A stretch of DNA of 64,000 bases from Desulfobulbaceae bacterium (GTDB lineage Bacteria; Desulfobacterota; Desulfobulbia; Desulfobulbales; Desulfocapsaceae), in contig JALSMA010000001.1 of the NCBI GenBank assembly GCA_026988015.1, positions 11,156-75,155 on the forward strand, read 5' to 3'. Position numbers and translations under genes: made by a program. Of the stretch, positions 20,616 to 28,625 are shown piece by piece. Numbering within the stretch: position 1 is the first letter of the stretch; every line of letters starts with the position of its first letter. The notes below the pieces were generated by a model, which was not told the origin of the DNA, searched no databases, and worked only from the letters and a program-made list of their open reading frames with translations.

Positions 20616-22403
20616 ATGGACAAAGATTTATATACAGCAAAAATCCTTATTGTCGACGATGAAGAGTCAATCAGGCAAACCTTTGAGATATTTCTTACCT
20701 CAGCAGGTTATCGTCATGTCAAGGCTGTTGAAACATTTGATGAGGCTGTTGAAGAACTCAAAAATACTCCCTACGACTTAATCATCAGCGATATTGTCCT
20801 CATTGGTCCCTGCGGAACTGACCTTCTACGAAAAACAAGGGAACTTGGTGTGATGTGTCCAGTAGTTATGATCACTGGATTCCCAAACCTTGAGTCAGCT
20901 GCAGAAGCTGTTAGGCACCGCGCCTTTGATTACATTTCAAAACCAGTCAACAAGGAAACTCTTCTCCGCTTTACCCGGCAGGCACTTATCCACTGGTACC
21001 TTGAGAACAAGGCTGGTCGGTTGCAACGCGAAAATGAAAAGTATCGTCGCTACCTTGAAACCATTTTTCAATCAGTAAGCGATGCTATTATCACCATAGA
21101 TTCCAAAATGAATATCGTTCAATTAAATGAAACAGCGGAACAATGGTTTAAAGAGACCAATAAAGAAGGACCGCCTTCATTAAACAACCTACCAACTGAA
21201 GTTGCTTTTGCCTGTATTCGTGATGCCAAAAAAGTTCTGCAGGATGGCACCGAGGTCAGAAAGCATCTTATTGAGTACCATACCAGTGACGATACCACTA
21301 AACTCATCAGCCTCAACGCTTCGCCACTTCGTGGTGAGGATAATGAGTTTCAGGGTGTTGTCATTGTGGCAAGAGATCTCAGCAGTGACGAACCTAAGGA
21401 AGTAAGAGAAATAAGGCAAAGATTCCACGGCTATGTAGGTGCAAGCAGTGTTATGCAGGAAGTTTACAAGATGATAGAGAATATAGGAAAGGTTGACACA
21501 GCTGTTCTCATCACAGGTGAATCTGGTACAGGAAAAGAACTTGCTGCCGAAGCACTGCATGCTGAAAGCTCCAGGCGTGACAAGCCGCTTATAAAAATTG
21601 ACTGCGTTTCCGCAACCGAAACCCTACTTGAAAGCGAACTTTTTGGTCACTCCAAAGGTGCTTTTACTGGTGCTGACCGTAATAGACCCGGGAGATTGCT
21701 GCAGGCAGACGGTGGCACCCTGTTTCTTGATGAAATTGGAGACATCTCACCACGCACCCAGCTCCTGCTTCTGCGTTTCCTGCAGGAAAAAACCTTCACC
21801 CCTGTTGGACAGGACACCCCTATTCATGTTGATGTGCGGATTATTGCTGCCACCAATGTAGACTTCCATGAAATGGTATCACAGGGGAAATTCCGCGAAG
21901 ACCTTTATTATCGTCTCAAGGTTATTGAAGTAAAACTCCCCCCTCTTCGTGAACGAATAAACGGTATACCGCTACTTGCCACTCATTTCCTTACTATTTT
22001 CCGCAAACAACTTAACAAAAAAATTGCTACCATTTCTGACCAAGCACTGGATTGTATGTCTCGATACTACTGGCCCGGTAATGTACGTGAATTACGGCAC
22101 GTCATGGAAAGAGCGTGTGTCCTTTGCAATGGTCCTGTTCTGCTCCTGAAACACCTTCCAGAAGAACTGCACCAAACTCCCCCAAAAGTGGTTCATTCCT
22201 CCGCTTCTCCTCAAATACCCAAAAATACCGAGAAACCCATAACCTTATTCTCAGCTAACCCTGAATACCAGAGAGAAGATGAAAAGATCATCGATGCCCT
22301 CAGGAAAGCTAACGGTAACAAGGTGAAAGCCGCTAAGATATTAGGCATTGCCCGCTCTACTCTTTACAGGCAAATGCAACGTTACCACATAGATGAGTCA
22401 TAA
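20616..22403 (+). CDS. sigma-54-dependent response regulator (REC-PAS-AAA+-Fis HTH)
   Basis: REC '[11 protein letters not shown]...DLIISDIVL', Walker A '[11 protein letters not shown]', the 'GAFTGA' loop and a C-terminal '[16 protein letters not shown]'. Confidence 0.9.
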   Translation: MDKDLYTAKILIVDDEESIRQTFEIFLTSAGYRHVKAVETFDEAVEELKNTPYDLIISDIVLIGPCGTDLLRKTRELGVMCPVVMITGFPNLESAAEAVRHRAFDYISKPVNKETLLRFTRQALIHWYLENKAGRLQRENEKYRRYLETIFQSVSDAIITIDSKMNIVQLNETAEQWFKETNKEGPPSLNNLPTEVAFACIRDAKKVLQDGTEVRKHLIEYHTSDDTTKLISLNASPLRGEDNEFQGVVIVARDLSSDEPKEVREIRQRFHGYVGASSVMQEVYKMIENIGKVDTAVLITGESGTGKELAAEALHAESSRRDKPLIKIDCVSATETLLESELFGHSKGAFTGADRNRPGRLLQADGGTLFLDEIGDISPRTQLLLLRFLQEKTFTPVGQDTPIHVDVRIIAATNVDFHEMVSQGKFREDLYYRLKVIEVKLPPLRERINGIPLLATHFLTIFRKQLNKKIATISDQALDCMSRYYWPGNVRELRHVMERACVLCNGPVLLLKHLPEELHQTPPKVVHSSASPQIPKNTEKPITLFSANPEYQREDEKIIDALRKANGNKVKAAKILGIARSTLYRQMQRYHIDES

Positions 22404-22472
22404 AACTGTAGTTCATCTCTTCTGTCATACAATGCCTTCTTACCTGTACTGTTTGCAATACCCTTGCAATAC

Positions 22473-22582
22473 ATGTCCCACCAGAGACACATTAGGGACA
22501 CACTAGAGACACATTCGGGACATGTCCGGGACATCCCGCCATTGCAGCGCCTGGGACAGGCCACTGTCCGACCCTTGGGACA
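22473..22582 (+). promoter_or_regulatory. array of GGGACA/TGTCCC half-sites, a candidate enhancer (UAS) for the sigma-54 activator
   Basis: A tandem 18-mer AGAGACACATT(A/C)GGGACA occurs at 22483-22500 and 22505-22522 (22-bp period). There is a palindrome GGACATGTCC within 22517-22537 and GGACAG-N4-CTGTCC at 22554-22569. More GGGACA/TGTCCC sites occur at 22473-22480 and 22577-22582. Confidence 0.45.
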
Positions 22583-22665
22583 CACAGCCAACACCATTCT
22601 TTTTGTGAGTGATTACAGGACGTCACAACAACCACCACAAAGAAACACGCCACTTTGTGTCACTC

Positions 22666-22681
22666 TGGCACGGCATGTGCT
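22666..22681 (+). promoter_or_regulatory. sigma-54 (-24/-12) promoter
   Basis: TGGCACGGCATGTGCT matches TGGCAC-N5-TTGCW with correct GG-N10-GC spacing. It lies about 55 nt upstream of the ATG at 22736. Confidence 0.6.
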
Positions 22682-22735
22682 TAGTAAGAGTTACAACACA
22701 GCAACACCCTATCAACCTCAAGAAGGAGATACACC

Positions 22736-22960
22736 ATGGGTAATACGACACTTACACAACAGAAAAGTACAGTCGGAGTTCATGATGCTACCAAAAGCTC
22801 CGTTACCACAGAAATTGACAAGGTTGTTATTGGTTCAGTTGCTGCATTTACCGGAGTCGTAGCCCTTTGGAGCGTCGCCTGCTTATTCAGTGCCATGTTC
22901 CAGGCAGGAGGGCCATTGCAGCTGGTTGGCAGTTATTTCAAGGCACTTGCAGGAATGTAA
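22736..22960 (+). CDS. 74-aa single-pass membrane protein, paralog 1 (unknown family)
   Basis: SD GAAGGAGAT upstream. It has a polar Ser/Thr/Lys N-terminal third and one TM helix 'VVIGSVAAFTGVVALWSVACLFSAMF', then 'QAGGPLQLVGSYFKALAGM'. Confidence 0.6.
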   Translation: MGNTTLTQQKSTVGVHDATKSSVTTEIDKVVIGSVAAFTGVVALWSVACLFSAMFQAGGPLQLVGSYFKALAGM

Positions 22961-23027
22961 CCTTGAATATTTTTTAAAAAAACAATTTAAGTCTTATCTA
23001 ATACAACAAACCTAAGAGAGGAAAAAG

Positions 23028-23252
23028 ATGGCAGAAACAGTTATGACCAAACAGAAAACCGGAAGTGCCGCCCAGACTGACTCTAAGACCTCAGTCTCCA
23101 CCGAAATTGACAAAATCATCATAGGCACCATTGCAGCATTTGCTGGAGTTGTTGGCCTCTGGAGTATTGCATGTCTTGCCAGCGCAATGTTTCAGGCTGG
23201 TGGCCCACTTGCGTTGGCAGGTGGATGGTTGAAGGCAGTAAGTGGCATGTAG
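23028..23252 (+). CDS. 74-aa single-pass membrane protein, paralog 2 (unknown family)
   Basis: SD AGAGAGG upstream. It aligns without gaps to paralog 1 with a little over half of positions identical (hand count), including 'TEIDK', 'AAF.GVV.LWS.ACL.SAMFQAGGPL' and the C-terminal 'GM'. Confidence 0.6.
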   Translation: MAETVMTKQKTGSAAQTDSKTSVSTEIDKIIIGTIAAFAGVVGLWSIACLASAMFQAGGPLALAGGWLKAVSGM

Positions 23253-23302
23253 TACACCCTACGTCGGAAATAGAAATATTGCATTCATTCCAGACAGCAA
23301 AC

Positions 23303-23347
23303 AAAAAGAGCCCTGTGGAGATAACTCCACAGGGCTCTTTTTGTTTT
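23303..23347 (+). terminator. rho-independent terminator after the small-protein pair
   Basis: A perfect 14-bp stem AGAGCCCTGTGGAG / CTCCACAGGGCTCT with loop ATAA, followed by TTTTGTTTT. Confidence 0.85.
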
Positions 23348-23395
23348 ACCTACAGTAGTGATTACCATTACCGCAAGTGGTCCTGTAGTGTCTTA

Positions 23396-23424
23396 TTGAC
23401 AAACACATTCATTACTTTTAAAAA
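23396..23424 (+). promoter_or_regulatory. possible sigma-70 promoter for the ftsH operon
   Basis: TTGACA (23396-23401), a 17-nt spacer, then TAAAAA (23419-23424), about 100 nt upstream of the ftsH ATG. Sequence match only. Confidence 0.3.
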
Positions 23425-23521
23425 CTACCGGCCCCTCTTCCCTACACTTCGAAGAGATGTCTGACCGTATAACAAAACTGGTGGTGAATCCCAAATACCA
23501 ATTCTTTTTCCGAGACTAACT

Positions 23522-25387
23522 ATGGCTATTCTTGTTCGAAATCTTCTTCTCTGTTTTCTATTCTCTGCTCTGGCAATGTTCCTTGCGCTGCTCTGGTTCA
23601 TTGAACACAGGCATCCGAGTCAGGATTACAGCAAGGTTATTGAGCGGTTAAACAATAATCAGATAGTAAAACTTAAATTCACTGGAAATAAAGTCGCTTT
23701 TACTGACAGAGAAGGCCATACCTTCGTAACAACTGTTCCAGATGCCAGCAGATTTCTAGAAAGGGTCCAGGGCAAAAATATCCGTGTTATTGTAAAGCAG
23801 GACAGGTTCAACCTGATTTACATGACTGTCATATCCGGATTTATTGTCCTGTTAATTCTGGTTGCCTGGTGGTCATCTTATAAGAACAAAAAAGACGATG
23901 AAGAAGACAACAAATTTGCCAGCGATAAACTCGTCAGCATCAGTGGCAATGACCTTCAACTTACGTTCAAAGACATCGCTGGCATTCCTGAGGCAAAGGA
24001 GGAGCTTGAAGAAGTTGTATCTTTCCTTAAGTCCCCGGAAAGTTATAAAAAGATTGGAGCAACCATCCCTAAGGGTATTCTCCTTCAAGGTCCTCCTGGA
24101 ACCGGAAAAACCATGCTAGCCAAGACTGTTGCAGGTGAGGCAAAGGTTCCATTTTACAGCTTTAGTGGCTCCGACTTTGTGGAGATGTTTGTAGGTGTAG
24201 GTGCATCCAGGGTCAGGGATATTTTTAAAGAGGCGAAGAAAAATACTCCCTGTATTGTTTTTATAGATGAAATTGATGCTGTGGGAGCAAGTAGATCCAG
24301 TGGTGCCTCTGCTGGGGGACAGGAGGAACGGGGCCAGACACTGAACGCTCTGCTGGTTGAGATGGATGGCTTTGATACTGAAGACACCATTGTGGTACTT
24401 GCTGCCACAAACAGGCCTGACATTCTAGACTCAGCCCTTAAACGTCCCGGACGTTTTGACAGGCAGATAAATATCTTACCACCCGATGTCAAAGGCAGGT
24501 TTGAGATTCTTAAAATTCATGGCAAAAAAGTCGCACTTGCCCCAGAAGTAAATCTTGAAAATGTTGCCAGGGCAACTCCCGGATTCACCGGTGCTGAACT
24601 TGCTAACCTCATAAATGAAGCAGCACTTATGGCCGCCAGGCACGGTAGCGATCATATTGATAACAATGATTTTGAAAAGGCACGTGACCGTATTCTCATG
24701 GGTGTTGAACGAAAAGGTCTAGTTGTAAATGAGGAGGATCGTAAGATTCTTGCTTTTCACGAAGCCGGACATGGGATACTTGCCAGCAAACTCCCTAAAT
24801 CCGACCCTCTGCATAAAATTACCATAGTCCCTCGGGGCATGGCCCTTGGTCAGACCCAGCAATTACCCCTTAGTGATCATCCAGCCTACTCCAAAGAGTA
24901 TCTACGCACCAAAATAATTGTCCTCATGGGTGGTCGGGCAGCTGAAGAAATTATTTTTGGGGAACAGACCACAGGTGCACAAGGCGACCTACTCACTGCC
25001 ACCCAGATCGCAACAGACATGATCTGCAAATGGGGTATGAGTAACACCTTGGGTCCACAGGCCTACGCCATTGACAGTGGTGGTTTTCTTGAAAGTACAG
25101 CTAGCAGATTATCAATGAGCCATGAAACCACAACCCGGATAGATCATGAAGTAAATGAATTACTCACCGGTTGTTATGAAGAAGCGGTTCGCATCCTCAA
25201 ACAGGAGCACTGGCTCCTTAAGAATCTTGCAGAAATTCTTCTCCAGGTCGAAACTCTCGATGGAGAAGAATTTGAAATCATTGTTCAATGCAGCCTTGAA
25301 AAAGAAGCTGCTGCTACAGAAAACCCCGAACCAAGCTGCCGGACCTGCGCGGTTCGACATGACTGCATACAAGCTCAGGACTTATAG
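23522..25387 (+). CDS. ftsH: ATP-dependent zinc metalloprotease, FtsH family
   Basis: Two TM helices, Walker A 'GPPGTGKT', Walker B 'IVFIDEIDA', SRH 'ATNRPDILDSALKRPGRFDR' and the zinc site 'HEAGHG'. The C-terminal tail is unusual, with four Cys: 'CSLEK...CRTCAVRHDC'. Confidence 0.9.
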   Translation: MAILVRNLLLCFLFSALAMFLALLWFIEHRHPSQDYSKVIERLNNNQIVKLKFTGNKVAFTDREGHTFVTTVPDASRFLERVQGKNIRVIVKQDRFNLIYMTVISGFIVLLILVAWWSSYKNKKDDEEDNKFASDKLVSISGNDLQLTFKDIAGIPEAKEELEEVVSFLKSPESYKKIGATIPKGILLQGPPGTGKTMLAKTVAGEAKVPFYSFSGSDFVEMFVGVGASRVRDIFKEAKKNTPCIVFIDEIDAVGASRSSGASAGGQEERGQTLNALLVEMDGFDTEDTIVVLAATNRPDILDSALKRPGRFDRQINILPPDVKGRFEILKIHGKKVALAPEVNLENVARATPGFTGAELANLINEAALMAARHGSDHIDNNDFEKARDRILMGVERKGLVVNEEDRKILAFHEAGHGILASKLPKSDPLHKITIVPRGMALGQTQQLPLSDHPAYSKEYLRTKIIVLMGGRAAEEIIFGEQTTGAQGDLLTATQIATDMICKWGMSNTLGPQAYAIDSGGFLESTASRLSMSHETTTRIDHEVNELLTGCYEEAVRILKQEHWLLKNLAEILLQVETLDGEEFEIIVQCSLEKEAAATENPEPSCRTCAVRHDCIQAQDL

Positions 25388-25394
25388 GAAACAG

Positions 25395-26324
25395 ATGCGA
25401 TCTCTACGTAGACTCAGCACCATTACATTTCTTTGCACCGCACTCCTACTTGGAATGCTCCTGATCGCAGGCTATTCCCAAAACCGGATGATGGATGCGT
25501 ACAATACCATCGTTAAACAAAGTGAAAGTACGATTTTCCTCTTTTCAACCATTCGAGAACAGACCACTGAGGCTCTCCTAACCCAGAATGCCTCACAAAT
25601 CCAGGCCGCTGCCAGGGAAATAGAACAGCTCCATGGTCGCTATACTGATATGCTTGAAAGTCGTCTCATACCGGGACAATATAAAATCTCATTTCTCAAA
25701 GAAATTGATCTGGAACAGGTGGCGATAGATCTCAGAAGTATGGCTGAAGCTCCCACAGATACCACTCAGGCCCTTGCCATTGTCAGTCAACTCCGTCAGA
25801 TCAACAATCAATTTCTCCAGTTTGACAGAATTGTGGTGAGCGAAATGAAGAATAGAGTTATGGGCTACCAGAAAAAGGCGCTGGTTCTCATGGGACTGAT
25901 TGTCGCGTTAACAAGTTTCACCCTGATCATTCTCTACAAAAAATCAGTCAAACCTCTTATTATTCTTGCTGAACAGAGTAAAAATGCCTTGGTCAACAAA
26001 ACCCCTCTGGAACTGAATGACGAGTATACAAGCAGTATAGAGGTCAAAACTCTCATTTCCTCTTTTAATCATTTGCTGCAACTTCCACCAGAAGCAGCAC
26101 TACACAATGATACTCCCAGCCCTCGTGAGGCAGAGTTCTTTTCCATCGTCAATGAAGTCACCAACAGACTTAACGGAATAATCAACTACTCACAGCTGCT
26201 CGCAGACTATTGTGAAGCTGAAAAAGTTGGTGATGAGCAAAAAGAAATCCTCTACAAAATTATGGAGAATGGTGAAAAAAGCGCAAAAATCCTACAGAAA
26301 AGCCTGCATGGAGGAGAAAAATGA
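25395..26324 (+). CDS. membrane sensor-like protein with a His-less DHp domain and no ATPase domain
   Basis: The ORF is trimmed to the ATG at 25395 (SD AGGAAA, 8 nt after the ftsH stop). It has TM1 'ITFLCTALLLGMLLIAG', a periplasmic segment of about 190 aa and TM2 'LVLMGLIVALTSFTLIILY'. Then comes 'FFSIVNEVTNRLNGIINYSQLLAD', which aligns with the kinase's 'AGVAHEVNNPITGIINFAQILLD' with Asn in place of His. The protein ends after the second DHp helix. Confidence 0.55.
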   Translation: MRSLRRLSTITFLCTALLLGMLLIAGYSQNRMMDAYNTIVKQSESTIFLFSTIREQTTEALLTQNASQIQAAAREIEQLHGRYTDMLESRLIPGQYKISFLKEIDLEQVAIDLRSMAEAPTDTTQALAIVSQLRQINNQFLQFDRIVVSEMKNRVMGYQKKALVLMGLIVALTSFTLIILYKKSVKPLIILAEQSKNALVNKTPLELNDEYTSSIEVKTLISSFNHLLQLPPEAALHNDTPSPREAEFFSIVNEVTNRLNGIINYSQLLADYCEAEKVGDEQKEILYKIMENGEKSAKILQKSLHGGEK

Positions 26325-27760
26325 ATCCCCCCGAACACACGAGCAGCGGTAACAGGAACAGTAAGAAGACAGAAGCCTGGGAAAAATTGCTCAGCTGTAC
26401 CTGGAAAACGCCTCTTGGAATTATAGGGGTTAGCCTTACCACAATATCCGTTACCCTTATAATCATCGGGTTTATCTGTCACCTCACCGGTTTAATTTCA
26501 GACCACTATTTTTTCATTTTCACATTCATGTTTCTGCCATTAATGATGCTCTTCGGACTGGCATTGATTCCTCTCGCCTGCTACTTCCGAAGGAAAAAGT
26601 GGTTCCAGGGCAGCCTCCTCAACACCAATCACCTTCAAATTGACCTCGCGGACAAGCAACACAGAAAAGGAATTGTCTTATTTCTGATTCTGTCAGTCAT
26701 CAATCTCACGATCATAGTTCTGGTGCTTTATGAAGGATATACCTTCACCGACTCCTCATACTTTTGTGGTGTGGTCTGTCATGAAGTTATGGAACCACAG
26801 TACTCCGCCTACCAACGATCCCCCCATGCCAAGGTATCCTGCGTATCCTGCCATATTGGGACTGGATCCTCCTGGTATGTGCAGGCAAAACTCTCCGGAA
26901 TCCGACAGGTGAAAGCAATTATCAGCAGTGATTTCAACCGCCCCATCACCGCTCCAGTAGAGAACCTCAGGCCAGCAAGAGAAACCTGTGAATCCTGTCA
27001 CTGGCCCGATAAATTTCACGGTAAAAAGATCAAAGAGTTTATCAGTTACACAAACGATAACCAGACTGACCCGCAAATTCAGGAAGTAGCCCTTCACATT
27101 GGTGGCCGCAATCCCGTAACCGATGAGTTTGAAGGAATCCACTGGCACGTCAGTCGTAACATTACCGTTGAATATCAGGCTCTTGACACAAAGCGTACCA
27201 GAATAGGAAGAGTAAGGGTCACAAAACCCGATGGAACTACAGAGGAATATTCCACAGGAAATGATGTCCCTGACAAAGGTGTTACCCCAGCGTGGCGTAC
27301 CATGGACTGTATCGACTGTCATAACCGGCCGACTCACATTTACGACCAGCTTGACCAGATCATTGACTTTGGTCTTTATTCAAAAAAGATTGACTCCAAT
27401 ATTGCAGGGATACGTGAAGACAGCACCACCATTCTGAAAATTGAATACACAAGGAGGAACGAAGCTATTGAAAGAATCGTTCCTGACCTCATTGAGCTCG
27501 TCTCCAAACGACACGGAAAAGATTATGTGAATATGAACAGAGATAAAATTGTTCGTTCAGGAACATTTTTGCTGGAAGCTTACCTGAACAATGTGTGGCC
27601 CGAGATGAAGGTAACCTGGGGAACATATCGCCAGCACCTTGGTCACCTCAATTCTGACGATGGATACGGTTGTTTTCGGTGCCATGACGAAGTGCATAAA
27701 ACCCAATTTGGCAAAGCAATAAAACAGGATTGTGACATGTGTCACGACGAACCTGAATAG
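26321..27760 (+). CDS. membrane-anchored multihaem cytochrome c (NapC/NirT/Cbc-like)
   Basis: ATGA overlap with the preceding stop. It has three N-terminal hydrophobic segments and five CXXCH motifs (CVSCH, CESCH, CIDCH, CFRCH, CDMCH), plus one CX3CH (CGVVCH). Confidence 0.8.
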   Translation: MNPPEHTSSGNRNSKKTEAWEKLLSCTWKTPLGIIGVSLTTISVTLIIIGFICHLTGLISDHYFFIFTFMFLPLMMLFGLALIPLACYFRRKKWFQGSLLNTNHLQIDLADKQHRKGIVLFLILSVINLTIIVLVLYEGYTFTDSSYFCGVVCHEVMEPQYSAYQRSPHAKVSCVSCHIGTGSSWYVQAKLSGIRQVKAIISSDFNRPITAPVENLRPARETCESCHWPDKFHGKKIKEFISYTNDNQTDPQIQEVALHIGGRNPVTDEFEGIHWHVSRNITVEYQALDTKRTRIGRVRVTKPDGTTEEYSTGNDVPDKGVTPAWRTMDCIDCHNRPTHIYDQLDQIIDFGLYSKKIDSNIAGIREDSTTILKIEYTRRNEAIERIVPDLIELVSKRHGKDYVNMNRDKIVRSGTFLLEAYLNNVWPEMKVTWGTYRQHLGHLNSDDGYGCFRCHDEVHKTQFGKAIKQDCDMCHDEPE

Positions 27761-27785
27761 TAAGAAAGATCTAGAAGAGGACAGA

Positions 27786-28571
27786 ATGAAAGTAAACAAA
27801 GAGGATAATATGAAGATTGAAGACTTAAAAAAACTCAGTAATGAGGGAATTAAAAATATCCCCTCCGTGGAAAGGCGGCAGTTTCTACAGTTTGGCCTTG
27901 CCATAACCGGTGTTTTTCTCGGAGGAACAGTACTCTCCCTGACATCAGCTAAAAATGTTGACGGTGCTGTCAGTGGCGGGAAAATACTTGATGGAAATTA
28001 TCCCTACAGCCCACATTACACCATGGTCATCCGTGAAAAGCACTGCATCGACTGCGAAAAGTGTCTTGATGCATGCCGTAGCACAAACAATGTCTCCCTG
28101 CACGGATACAGAACTGATATCCTTGAACGCAGCGTACCAAAAGCTCCTGGTGAAAGAGAACGCATTTTCATGCCCATTCTGTGTAACCATTGCAACCGTC
28201 CCCCATGTGTTCGAGTCTGTCCCACCAGTGCCACTTTCAAGGACGAAATCAATGGCATCGTTCGAATGAACATCAGTAAATGTATCGGTTGCAAAACCTG
28301 TATGGCTGCCTGTCCATACAATGCTCGATTCTTTGATGAAGAAATTCGGGCCATTGACAAGTGTAACTTCTGTTACGACACCAAGCTCAAAGAGAGTAAC
28401 GGGAAAATCACTGCATGTGCTGCAGCCTGTCCTGCAAATGTCCGGGTATTTGGCGATCTCACCAACCCTGATACCCCTGCCTATAAACTCATTCACTCTG
28501 CCGGAAAAGTTTTCTGGGTCCTGCGTCCTGAATTAAACAGTATGCCCAATGTCTTTTACGTGGAAAAGTAA
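27786..28571 (+). CDS. Tat-exported 4Fe-4S ferredoxin-type subunit (NrfC/PsrB/DsrO-like)
   Basis: Twin-arginine signal 'VERRQFLQFGLAITG' and Cys clusters 'CIDCEKCLDAC', 'CNHCNRPPCVRVCP', 'CIGCKTCMAACP', 'CNFC' and 'CAAACP'. The start is set at the ATG at 27786. Confidence 0.85.
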   Translation: MKVNKEDNMKIEDLKKLSNEGIKNIPSVERRQFLQFGLAITGVFLGGTVLSLTSAKNVDGAVSGGKILDGNYPYSPHYTMVIREKHCIDCEKCLDACRSTNNVSLHGYRTDILERSVPKAPGERERIFMPILCNHCNRPPCVRVCPTSATFKDEINGIVRMNISKCIGCKTCMAACPYNARFFDEEIRAIDKCNFCYDTKLKESNGKITACAAACPANVRVFGDLTNPDTPAYKLIHSAGKVFWVLRPELNSMPNVFYVEK

Positions 28572-28625
28572 CCGGGCAAATATGAGACTCAGCAAATATT
28601 CAAATTAAACAACAGGAAAAGCACC

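Noticed and set aside
25155-25394. N-terminal 80 codons of the listed 389-aa ORF, overlapping the 3' end of ftsH in another frame
   Set aside because: The overlap with a well-supported FtsH C-terminus is implausible. An internal ATG at 25395 has a good SD and gives a sensible signal-anchor N-terminus.
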